Positions 20,424 through 28,238 of a DNA stretch of 54,666 nucleotides are shown here, piece after piece. The translations under genes and the position numbers were made by a program. Each line of letters begins with the position of its first letter. Within the stretch, counting starts at the first letter, position 1. The stretch comes from a bacterium UBP6_UBA1196 (GTDB taxonomy: Bacteria > UBP6 > UBA1177), in assembly GCA_002310035.1 (NCBI GenBank), contig DBYC01000051.1:1-54666 (forward strand). The letters are read 5' to 3'. The notes under the pieces are model-generated. The model did not search any database and was not told where the DNA came from. It saw only the letters and a program-made list of their open reading frames with translations.

Positions 20424-20594
20424 TTTACTCCTCCTTGAAAACAAAGTGGTTGAATTTATTAAAAATTTTGTTCGAGCGATGTTCATTTAACAACAATACG
20501 ATCTTTTAAAAAACAAAAACGGCAAATGGTAGGTAAAAGTGATAGAAAGGCAAGATTTTTTTACTTGAGGTGGAGCGTCATTCTTTAGGTTGTT

Positions 20595-22295
20595 CTACAG
20601 CTTTATTATTTCTGCGCCGGAATTTCGGAATTGCGGCATACATTCGCCAACAGAAGCACCGATATAGGTCGGGTCTGAGACTACATACTTTTTTCCGTCC
20701 AGATCAAAGTAGCTTCCATAAACATCTTCGTCCCCAAAATTGACTGCTGTCGCCAGATGTTGCGGATAGTGGAGCATCACGACATCGAGACCTAGAAGTT
20801 CTCTGACCAGAATCGAAAACAGAATCGAGCGGTCTTCACAGTCAGAGTAAGGATAATAGAAAATCTCGTCTCCGAAAAGCGGTCTTTCATAGCCGAACTG
20901 TTCCTGATCGGTCATGTATTCAAAGGCTGTCTGCACGAAATTCAGCAGAATATTTGCTGCTTCGAGCTTGGTTTTGCCGTGAATCTGTGCTCTGAGTGCC
21001 GGATATAGAGTGTTTTTTATTCCTTCGCTCAAAGAAGCGCGGCTGTAGTCACCCCAGTTGCTGCTCTGAGGATAGTCGTTGTAGAAGTCAATCAGATTTT
21101 TGTTGGTTATGACTTTTGCCATAGCATCCTGATACCTTCTTGACTGGAAAATCCTGTCTGTTCCTCTCTCTTGGCCTAACTTCGGTGTCCCTGGCATTTT
21201 CAGCGATGCAGTTCTCTCGCGCGGGAAACTTTCTTCAAAAACATGATAGGGACGGCTTTGGTTGCGAGCATCCTTGTCGAGGATGTAATATTTTTTTCCG
21301 TCTCCTAAAATGAAGTAAGGGTAAGAATAGAGATCTGTTCGGAACGGTACAAGCAGAATCAGTTTGTCGCCTGTTCTGGCAACCCTGACTTTGTATCCGG
21401 ACTGGGCCAGAACATACATCTGCAACAGAACAGCTTCGTTGCTGCCTGTGCCTAGAAAATGTTCGCTCATAACACGTAGAATGTCGATGTAACCCCAGTC
21501 TCCAAGCCGCAGGTCCTCCTTCAGATCGAAGCAGTCTGAAAGCAGGGGATCAAAATCTTCTTCGGATAATTTCTTCCAGATCTCAGAAACGGAAGCTTCC
21601 GAAACGTCTGGTAGCGAAAAACGCATCGAATTAAAAAAATGGGCTTTGCAGGTTGTTCCGTGATAAACGAAGAAATAGGGACTATAACCTTCCTCTACTG
21701 TTCCGGAACCAATTATCGGGTTACTTCCGGCATTCTGATAGCCTTCTGCTGTTCCGGAAGCCATTATCGGATCACCGCCAGCGTTTTTCATCATTATCGG
21801 ATCTCCACCGGCATTCTGATGGCCTTCTGCTGTTCCTGAAGCCATTATTGGATCTCCGCCGGCATTAAATCTGGCGACAGGTGCGATCGGTTCAGGATCA
21901 TCGAAGCTTTCTGTATTTACAATTTTTGCAAAATTCAATTTGACAGCAGGAGCTTTTTTTTCATCCTTTTTCACGAAGGGCTTGGGGGGTTCTTTACTTT
22001 TAGGGATAGGAACTGCGGCATTTTTTGTGCGTTTTGTCCACTGTTTTTTCATCATTTCAGCGAACTGTTTGTTCATTGAACGCCTGTAGGCATCATATTC
22101 CTGTTGCATTTTCGTCTTGTTCTTTTCGAATTGCTGCAACTGTTTTTCCATAGAATTCTTTATGTTTTGAGATTGCTCTTTTTGAAAATTCTCAAGATCC
22201 TTTGCCTGTTGGGCCTGATATTCCTGAAAACTTTCGGAATAGAGCTGACCGATCAGAAAGCAGATACAAATTGCGAACAAAAAATTTTTCTTCAT
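20595..22295 (-). CDS. Secreted protein: coiled-coil N-terminus, NAGGDPIM tandem repeats, C-terminal transglutaminase-like (Cys-His-Asp) region
   Basis: The ATG at 22295 follows GGAGA. Signal peptide MKKNFLFAICICFLIGQLYS. YSDCEDRSILFSILVRELLGLDVVML.YPQHLATAV...VVSDPT resembles the transglutaminase-core C/H/D arrangement. Confidence 0.5.
   Translation of the reverse strand: MKKNFLFAICICFLIGQLYSESFQEYQAQQAKDLENFQKEQSQNIKNSMEKQLQQFEKNKTKMQQEYDAYRRSMNKQFAEMMKKQWTKRTKNAAVPIPKSKEPPKPFVKKDEKKAPAVKLNFAKIVNTESFDDPEPIAPVARFNAGGDPIMASGTAEGHQNAGGDPIMMKNAGGDPIMASGTAEGYQNAGSNPIIGSGTVEEGYSPYFFVYHGTTCKAHFFNSMRFSLPDVSEASVSEIWKKLSEEDFDPLLSDCFDLKEDLRLGDWGYIDILRVMSEHFLGTGSNEAVLLQMYVLAQSGYKVRVARTGDKLILLVPFRTDLYSYPYFILGDGKKYYILDKDARNQSRPYHVFEESFPRERTASLKMPGTPKLGQERGTDRIFQSRRYQDAMAKVITNKNLIDFYNDYPQSSNWGDYSRASLSEGIKNTLYPALRAQIHGKTKLEAANILLNFVQTAFEYMTDQEQFGYERPLFGDEIFYYPYSDCEDRSILFSILVRELLGLDVVMLHYPQHLATAVNFGDEDVYGSYFDLDGKKYVVSDPTYIGASVGECMPQFRNSGAEIIKL
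21684..21866. repeat. In-frame tandem repeat encoding NAGGDPIM(ASGTAEG[HY]Q) units
   Basis: DNA units ggatc(a/t)cc(g/a)cc(a/g)gc(g/a)tt... recur 3-4 times. Protein: NAGGDPIMASGTAEGHQ / NAGGDPIMMK / NAGGDPIMASGTAEGYQ / NAGSNPIIGSGTVEEGY. Confidence 0.8.
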
Positions 22296-22423
22296 TGGTT
22301 GTCTCCTTTTCTTAAGGAACTTGTCTGAACACATTTCCCATTCATGTCTCGTGGAAAGATGATGATAAATCCTGAGCTTTCTATGAAGGCAAGAATTTTT
22401 ACGGCTTAGCTGAACGTTGCAGG

Positions 22424-23821
22424 TTACTTTTTCTCGTCCCTGATGCAGCGGACGGAAAGAGAGAGTTCCTTAGCTGCTGTCGATACACCTTCAGATGAAT
22501 AGAAGGCCCATTTGTGCTGACCCCAGGTCATAGGAACGCCGCTGGAAGTCCAAAGCACATCGGAATCGCCGAGACCGCTGTGGGCACCCGCCTTGCATAC
22601 GCATTTGTCGGCTGACCATGAAAAAACGGAGCGCCAGCTCTTTTTTATCGGGCATTCTCCTTTGGGTTCAATTTTCGGGCAATTGATGGCGATTTCGCGG
22701 TAATCGCTTATGTTCGGCAGTCTCCAGTCGTCGTGACCGTCTTCCACCAGATTTTTGCAGTATTTTTCCGCTGCTTTGTGCGTCATTTTTTCCGGAGCTT
22801 TTTTTGACCAGTTGCTTGGTTTGTTTTTCATATTTTTTATATTTGTTTTTGCCTCGTCAATGCAGATTCCTTTGGTCGGGAAGCTGTCGAGATACTCTTC
22901 CCAAGATTCGATTGTTGAATCGATTCTTGCCTGAGCGCATGCCTGATTGTCCTGGAATTTATCGTAATCTTTTGCAGCTCCTGCTGTTTTTACTTTGTCG
23001 CCAGGGGTAGTGATATCGCCAAACATCTGTGAAAGAAGGTCGTAGACCGCGCCTGCGACCTCTGTCTTCAACTTGCTGTTGTCCCTGCTCATAACTTTTG
23101 TTGCAGCTGCCATTGTGCAGCTTTTCTCTGCTGACGAGAGTTTCAAACTCAAAGTGTTTTTCTGTTTCGTTATTTTCAGGATCGAATTCGCACTGATCTC
23201 TTTGCCGAGTTCGCACCTCGAATTGTCGTCGTATTTGAGTTTGTGACTCTCCTTTTTGAGATTCATCAACTGTTCGCGGTCGCCTTCATCTGCAACGACT
23301 TCGATTTTGGAGTTTGTGATCAACGCTTCTTCGACCATCGGAAGGAGATCTTCACTATCTTCATCGGCATCGAGAGCGACTCTCGGAATGGTTTTGAAAT
23401 ATTTTTTTATCGCTTTTTTTACATCTTTTACATGGCCTAGTTTGACAAGCGGTTCGTTGTTGTGCCAGCTGTAGAGGAAAGCCTGCGGGAAGTCCTGGAC
23501 ACCCCATATTTCGGCTATTTCCTGCTCGTTGTCGCATATCATTTTGTCGGGGTGCCAGCCTTTGACACTGCAGCTTCCGTCGTCGCGCTGCGGTGCTACA
23601 ACGATAAGTTTGAGAGCGTCACCGTATTCTTCTTTCAGTTGCTTCCATACCGGAATTGCTGCATCGCATGGTTCGCAGCCAGTCATGTAAAAGTCTATTG
23701 CAACGAGTTTTACACCAGGTTTTCTGAGCTCGCCTTTAATTGTGGCTTCATTGAATTCGCTTCTCGCGAAAAGTGTTCCGAAAAGCAGCAAAAGAGTCGA
23801 AAGGACAAGAGCTTTTTTCAT
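22424..23821 (-). CDS. Secreted thioredoxin-fold (CxxC) protein fused to a C-terminal DUF1566 (Lcl C-terminal-like) domain
   Basis: The ATG at 23821. Signal peptide MKKALVLSTLLLLFGTLFA. AIDFYMTGCEPCDAAIPVW redox motif. C-terminus ...DDWRLPNISDYREIA...LSVRCIRD is the DUF1566 signature. Confidence 0.65.
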   Translation of the reverse strand: MKKALVLSTLLLLFGTLFARSEFNEATIKGELRKPGVKLVAIDFYMTGCEPCDAAIPVWKQLKEEYGDALKLIVVAPQRDDGSCSVKGWHPDKMICDNEQEIAEIWGVQDFPQAFLYSWHNNEPLVKLGHVKDVKKAIKKYFKTIPRVALDADEDSEDLLPMVEEALITNSKIEVVADEGDREQLMNLKKESHKLKYDDNSRCELGKEISANSILKITKQKNTLSLKLSSAEKSCTMAAATKVMSRDNSKLKTEVAGAVYDLLSQMFGDITTPGDKVKTAGAAKDYDKFQDNQACAQARIDSTIESWEEYLDSFPTKGICIDEAKTNIKNMKNKPSNWSKKAPEKMTHKAAEKYCKNLVEDGHDDWRLPNISDYREIAINCPKIEPKGECPIKKSWRSVFSWSADKCVCKAGAHSGLGDSDVLWTSSGVPMTWGQHKWAFYSSEGVSTAAKELSLSVRCIRDEKK

Positions 23822-24025
23822 TTTTTTCCTCCTAAAAGTTGACAGAATATTGTGCAAAATATGCAATTGCTGAATTCCATTGAGGATTTTTTATAAAAAT
23901 GATCTTTGAACAGGTTGGCTTGCCAAACATTTTGCAAATAACATAAGCACTCTGAAAAAACGGTAGCATTATTGGTAGCTTGAGACGAAAGGCAAGTTTT
24001 TTGATATTTCTGGTTGCTGAGTTTA

Positions 24026-24583
24026 TCAAAGCAACGACCTCACACAACGAACATTAAAGCTGTTGCTCTTACGGCTGTTGCCCACAAACCCACTGTAGAA
24101 AAGCACGCCCCACACGTGCTTCGTATTGCCGGCGAGGGTAGATGAAGACCATAGCACGACATCGTAGTCATCACCAAGTTTGCTGTAATAACCGCCGTTA
24201 TATGCTCTGTCATCACAACAACACGAACTGTCCGGTTGCCCATCTTCATATGATAAACGCCCGTTTTTCTCACTGACTTTGCACTCTCCACCTGCTCTTG
24301 TTTTAGGACAGTGTTTGATAGTTGTTCTGAGTTCGTCAATATTCGGCAGTCTCCAGTCAGTAAAACCGCCTTCAGAAAGGTTCGCACAATATTGTTTCGC
24401 CGAGTCCCAATTCATCTTGTTTGATGAGCGGCCTGACCATATCAAGTTGCCGATTTTTCGGCCTTTTTTGATATTTTCAGCCTCTTTAGTAGCAACAGCC
24501 TGCCGTTCTTTTTTTTCCTTTTTTATTTTTTTGATCTGCTGCTTTGCCTCGAATGAGCACTTCCTCCATTCCGCTTTCGGAAA
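24026..24583 (-). pseudogene. 5'-truncated copy of the thioredoxin-DUF1566 family gene (DUF1566 part only, no signal peptide or Trx domain)
   Basis: The frame is open up to 24583 with no plausible start. FPKAEWRKCSFEAKQQIKKI aligns with SFPTKGICIDEAKTNIKNM and SFPKGECLLEAKNKIRKL of the two full-length paralogues. It is followed by ...FTDWRLPNIDELRTTIKHC...FNVRCVRS. Confidence 0.6.
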
Positions 24584-25052
24584 TTATCTTCATTTCGTGC
24601 TCGATCTGCTCCATGTCGAGTTTCATGCGGCGGATGTCGTTGTAGCAGTTGAAACCGCAGTAAACGCAGTAATTTTCGCAGTAATTCGCGATATATAGCG
24701 GCGTGAAAAAGTAAACCGTGTTGCCGAAGTGGTTCTGCGTTTCGATCGAGGCAAGATGAGCAGCCTCGTCAAGAAATCTGTCAGCCGCGGGAGAAAGAAG
24801 AGCCTTCAAGTCCTCGACAGTCCGGTTCGTGTGGTCGAGAGCGCGTCTTACATCTGCCGCCGTGTATGAATCGGGGTCATAAGAATCGACTTCAGCAAGA
24901 ACTTTCGCGGAAATGTCGGAATCGATCTTTTCCATTCCCGGAAGATATTCCATTATATCGGCACGTGTTGCCGGATTTGTCTCAAGCTCGTGCTTTTTCG
25001 CAAGAGCCTCTTTTGAAAGTTTTTTTGAATCTACAAAATAGTTGTTATCCAT
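24486..25052 (-). pseudogene. 3'-truncated ThiH/HydG-like radical-SAM gene (N-terminal ~165 aa only)
   Basis: ...LLSPAA..FLDEAAHLA...T...FGNTVYFFTPLYIANYCENYCVYCGF (CxxxCxxC cluster) ...ISESGMEEVLI, then unrelated K-rich residues and a stop. Full-length family members are roughly twice this length. Confidence 0.6.
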
Positions 25053-25260
25053 TTCAGCCTTCTAATCGTGCAAAAATCAACTTTATCGAACAGCGCGGCA
25101 CTGCCGCAACAAAACTCGCAGTTATCACTCTTTTTTTTTCATTTATCAATAAATTTGGAGGGGAAATATCGTAGAGACATCATACCATGGCGTCTACAGA
25201 GGAGTCTGAGCAAAATGCGACCAACGGACCAAACTCCTACCTAACAACAACGGACCTCGG

Positions 25261-26979
25261 TTAAAAATTAAGTTTTTTAATTTGTCTCAAAAGAAATTGA
25301 CTGGTTATTTCGTCAGACGAGTCTAATGTTGCGGTAATATCATCTGAGATTTCTTCATTTTTTATATCTATTACGAGAAATCTTACCACACACTCTTTTT
25401 TATTTTTATCAAACAGAGAAAGCAAAACATATTGAAATGGTTGATCAGATGCTTTCTCAGACCAGCATTTAGGATTGCTGCCACACTTACCGAAAGCTTT
25501 TAAGTCAGCTTTTGACAAAGACTTGTAACTTACCAAATTAAATTTTGGAGTATCTATAACCTCAATATCGGCAATAATTTTATCAGCTTTATATTCTTCA
25601 ATATTTTTCATTACAGGCTTCATGAAAAGCATTAATTCTCTTCCTTTTGTTTTTTTCATCTCCATTGCTGTTTTCATATACTTGTCGAGTTTTTGAGAGA
25701 ATTCAGTTCCGCCATTAACTATTGACTCGTCAAGAGCTTTGGCTGTTTTTATGCCGTTAAGCATAAGTGAGGAATTCTTTTCTTCAACACCTTTAATAAT
25801 CTGTTCACGTGCACGATTTAATTCTAAAAGTTGTTTTGTTAATGCAAGAATCTTTTCGTCTTCTTCACACCCACATTCTGTCTCTCTGATTTTAACAATA
25901 GTTTTTATTGCATCATTAATTTGACCTTTAGAATACATTTCGAGAACACGTTCTCGAGCTTTTGTAAATTTTTCTTTTGTCAGCTTTCTAATTTTGTTTT
26001 TTGCTTCCAAAAGACATTCACCTTTTGGAAACGATTCAATATAATCCTGCCAAGCTTCAAGTGAATTTTCATTTCTCGCATACTCACAGGCCTTTAAATC
26101 CGGTGAATTTGTGTTTTGTGCAACAGGTATTTGTGTTTTTGCCGGTTTTGCACCTTCGTCAGGAGTCGAAATGTTTCCGAACATCTGCGAAAGCAGCTCG
26201 TAAACTGCCGCTGCAACTTCTGTTTTCAGTTTCTGTTTGTCTCCGCTAAGGCTTTTTGTTGCCGCCGCCATTGTGCAGCTTTTTTCAACAGACGAGAGAC
26301 GCAGAACAAGGTCGCCGTCCTCTTTTGTAATTTTCAGAACCGAATTCGCGCTTATCTCCTTGCCGAGTTCGCATTTCAAATCTTCGTCATAGTTTAGCTG
26401 ATGGCTTTGTTTTTTGAGAGCAAGAAGCTGTTTCTGCTCGGCTGCACTCGAAACAAGCTCGATTTTCGAATTCATTCTCAACGCCTCTTCAACCTTCGGA
26501 ACCAGATTTCTGCTGGAACTATCGGCATCAAGGACAACTCGCGGAATTTCCTTGAAGTATGCCTTTATCGCTTTTTCGACATCCTTCACATGACCGAGCT
26601 GAACAAGCGGATCGTTGTTGTGCCAGCTGTAAAGGAACGCCTGAGGAAAGTCTTTGACTCCCCAGCTTCCGGCAATTTCCATATCCTCGTCGCATACCAT
26701 TTTGTCAGGCCGCCAGTCTTTAACCATGCAGCTTCCGTTGTCCCGCATCGGAGCGACGACAATAAGTTTCAAAGCGTCGCCGTATTGCTTTTTAAGTTTT
26801 GTCCACTCAGGAATAGCAGCGTCACACGGTGCGCATCCCGTCATGTAGAAATCAATCGCAACCAGTTTTACACCTGGCTTTTTCAACTCCTCTTTGATTG
26901 TGCTTTCATTAAATTTGCTTCGCGCGGAAAGAATACCGAAAACAGCCAAAACCAAAAAGAAAACAATAATTTTTTTCAT
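25261..26979 (-). CDS. Secreted thioredoxin-fold (CxxC) protein, paralogue of 22424-23821 with a different C-terminal half
   Basis: The ATG at 26979 follows GAGGA. MKKIIVFFLVLAVFGILSA. AIDFYMTGCAPCDAAIPEW. About 290 N-terminal aa are collinear with the 480-aa paralogue. No DUF1566 motif in the C-terminal part. Confidence 0.65.
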   Translation of the reverse strand: MKKIIVFFLVLAVFGILSARSKFNESTIKEELKKPGVKLVAIDFYMTGCAPCDAAIPEWTKLKKQYGDALKLIVVAPMRDNGSCMVKDWRPDKMVCDEDMEIAGSWGVKDFPQAFLYSWHNNDPLVQLGHVKDVEKAIKAYFKEIPRVVLDADSSSRNLVPKVEEALRMNSKIELVSSAAEQKQLLALKKQSHQLNYDEDLKCELGKEISANSVLKITKEDGDLVLRLSSVEKSCTMAAATKSLSGDKQKLKTEVAAAVYELLSQMFGNISTPDEGAKPAKTQIPVAQNTNSPDLKACEYARNENSLEAWQDYIESFPKGECLLEAKNKIRKLTKEKFTKARERVLEMYSKGQINDAIKTIVKIRETECGCEEDEKILALTKQLLELNRAREQIIKGVEEKNSSLMLNGIKTAKALDESIVNGGTEFSQKLDKYMKTAMEMKKTKGRELMLFMKPVMKNIEEYKADKIIADIEVIDTPKFNLVSYKSLSKADLKAFGKCGSNPKCWSEKASDQPFQYVLLSLFDKNKKECVVRFLVIDIKNEEISDDITATLDSSDEITSQFLLRQIKKLNF

Positions 26980-27080
26980 TTTTATCCTCAAAAAAACGAT
27001 TCATCATAAAAAACGCGATATTCTAAGTGCTTTTAAGGTGATGGCAAGTTTCCGGTTGCTGGGCAAAAGCAGCGAATGAC

Positions 27081-27674
27081 CTAAATTTTCGAGACGAATC
27101 TGTTGCCTTCGATGTATTTCCGCCAGGGTTTGTCTTTAAATTCGCCGGCATAATCGATGTTTATCCTCGGGGCAGAGACTATGTTGAAATCTGAGAGCCC
27201 TGGATTTTTTTCGAGAAAGAGCTCTTTTCCGCCCGCAAGGTCGCATCCGTTGAGGCTTTTGTCGATAAGGAGGGCCTTTGCCAGTTTCCCGGGGCCGTTT
27301 GTCAGATCGGTCTCTTTGAGAATGCCTTTACGGTTTTCCCGGACAAGTTCGAGCCCCTTAACCGGTTCGACGGCGCGGATAAGCACGGCCTGCGGGTCGT
27401 CTTTTGGTGCCGAAACGACATTCAGACAGAAGTTCATCCCGTAAATCATGTAGATGTAGGCGTGACCTCCCGGGAGGAACATCGTCTCTGTTCTTTCGGT
27501 CCTTCTGCCGCCGAAGGTGTGACAGCCTTTGTCGAGAATTCCGCAGTAGGCTTCGGTTTCAACGATTTTGGCTATGATTTTGCCTCTACCGGTCTCTCTG
27601 ACGAGATAATGGCCGAGCAGATCCTCAGCGACGCTCAGGGCGTCCCGCATGAAAAAAGAGCGCGGAAAACGCAT
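27081..27674 (-). CDS. mpg: DNA-3-methyladenine glycosylase (Mpg/AAG family)
   Basis: 197 aa, ...VAEDLLGHYLVRE......IVETEAY.G..D.GCH.FGGRRTERTE.MF.PGGHAYIY.IYGM..CLNVV, the typical COG2094 pattern. Confidence 0.85.
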   Translation of the reverse strand: MRFPRSFFMRDALSVAEDLLGHYLVRETGRGKIIAKIVETEAYCGILDKGCHTFGGRRTERTETMFLPGGHAYIYMIYGMNFCLNVVSAPKDDPQAVLIRAVEPVKGLELVRENRKGILKETDLTNGPGKLAKALLIDKSLNGCDLAGGKELFLEKNPGLSDFNIVSAPRINIDYAGEFKDKPWRKYIEGNRFVSKI

Positions 27675-27705
27675 GGCAACTCCGTTAAAACAGCTCTCTG
27701 CCGCG

Positions 27706-28191
27706 TCAGAGTCTGATTATTTCAGCCCATTCGGCATTTGCAGCCTTCAGAAGGTCGTCAGGTTTCAAATTGATCTGGCAGCCGATCTTGCCTGCGCTGA
27801 CATAGATGCTTTCCAGCGCCTGAGCCGATGAATCGATCCGGGTCGGATAGCTTTTTTTCATGCCGATCGATGTGCAGCCGCCGCGGAGATAGCCTGTGAC
27901 ATTCTGCAGATCCTTGACATGGATCATCTCGACGCTCTTTTCGCCGACGCTTTTTGCCGCCTTTTTAAGGTCAAGCTCTGCATCTATCGGGATAACGAAG
28001 ACATAATAGCATCTCGGTGCACCCTGGCAGACAAGAGTTTTGTAGACCAGATCGTGCACCAGACCGAGTTTGTCGGCTGTTTCGCCGCCGTCCGAGAACT
28101 CTTTGCACTCGTAGCTCAGGGTTTCGTACTGAATACCGAGGCTTTCGAGGATACGCATAGCGTTCGTTTTGACTTCTTTTGATTTTGCCAT
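27706..28191 (-). CDS. ybaK: Cys-tRNA(Pro)/Cys-tRNA(Cys) deacylase YbaK
   Basis: 161 aa, KTNAMRILESLGIQYE...Y..........A.KLG.....VYKTLV.... GGCSPIG-like GGCTSIGMKK motif. Confidence 0.8.
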   Translation of the reverse strand: MAKSKEVKTNAMRILESLGIQYETLSYECKEFSDGGETADKLGLVHDLVYKTLVCQGAPRCYYVFVIPIDAELDLKKAAKSVGEKSVEMIHVKDLQNVTGYLRGGCTSIGMKKSYPTRIDSSAQALESIYVSAGKIGCQINLKPDDLLKAANAEWAEIIRL

Positions 28192-28238
28192 GATCTAACT
28201 TGTTGAAATTATTTTTTGAAAATTAAAGATATGCCGTT

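Noticed and set aside
25053-25260. Possible TPP riboswitch or other leader RNA upstream of the ThiH-like gene. The region has two small hairpins (GTAGA...TCTAC and GGAGT...ACTCC) and a GGTCCGTTG direct repeat.
   Set aside because: I could not find the TPP-aptamer hallmarks (CUGAGA ... ACCUGAUCNGGNUAAUNCC...GCG..AGGGA) on either strand. The stems are only 5 bp. It is left as unassigned intergenic sequence; an Rfam cmscan would settle it.
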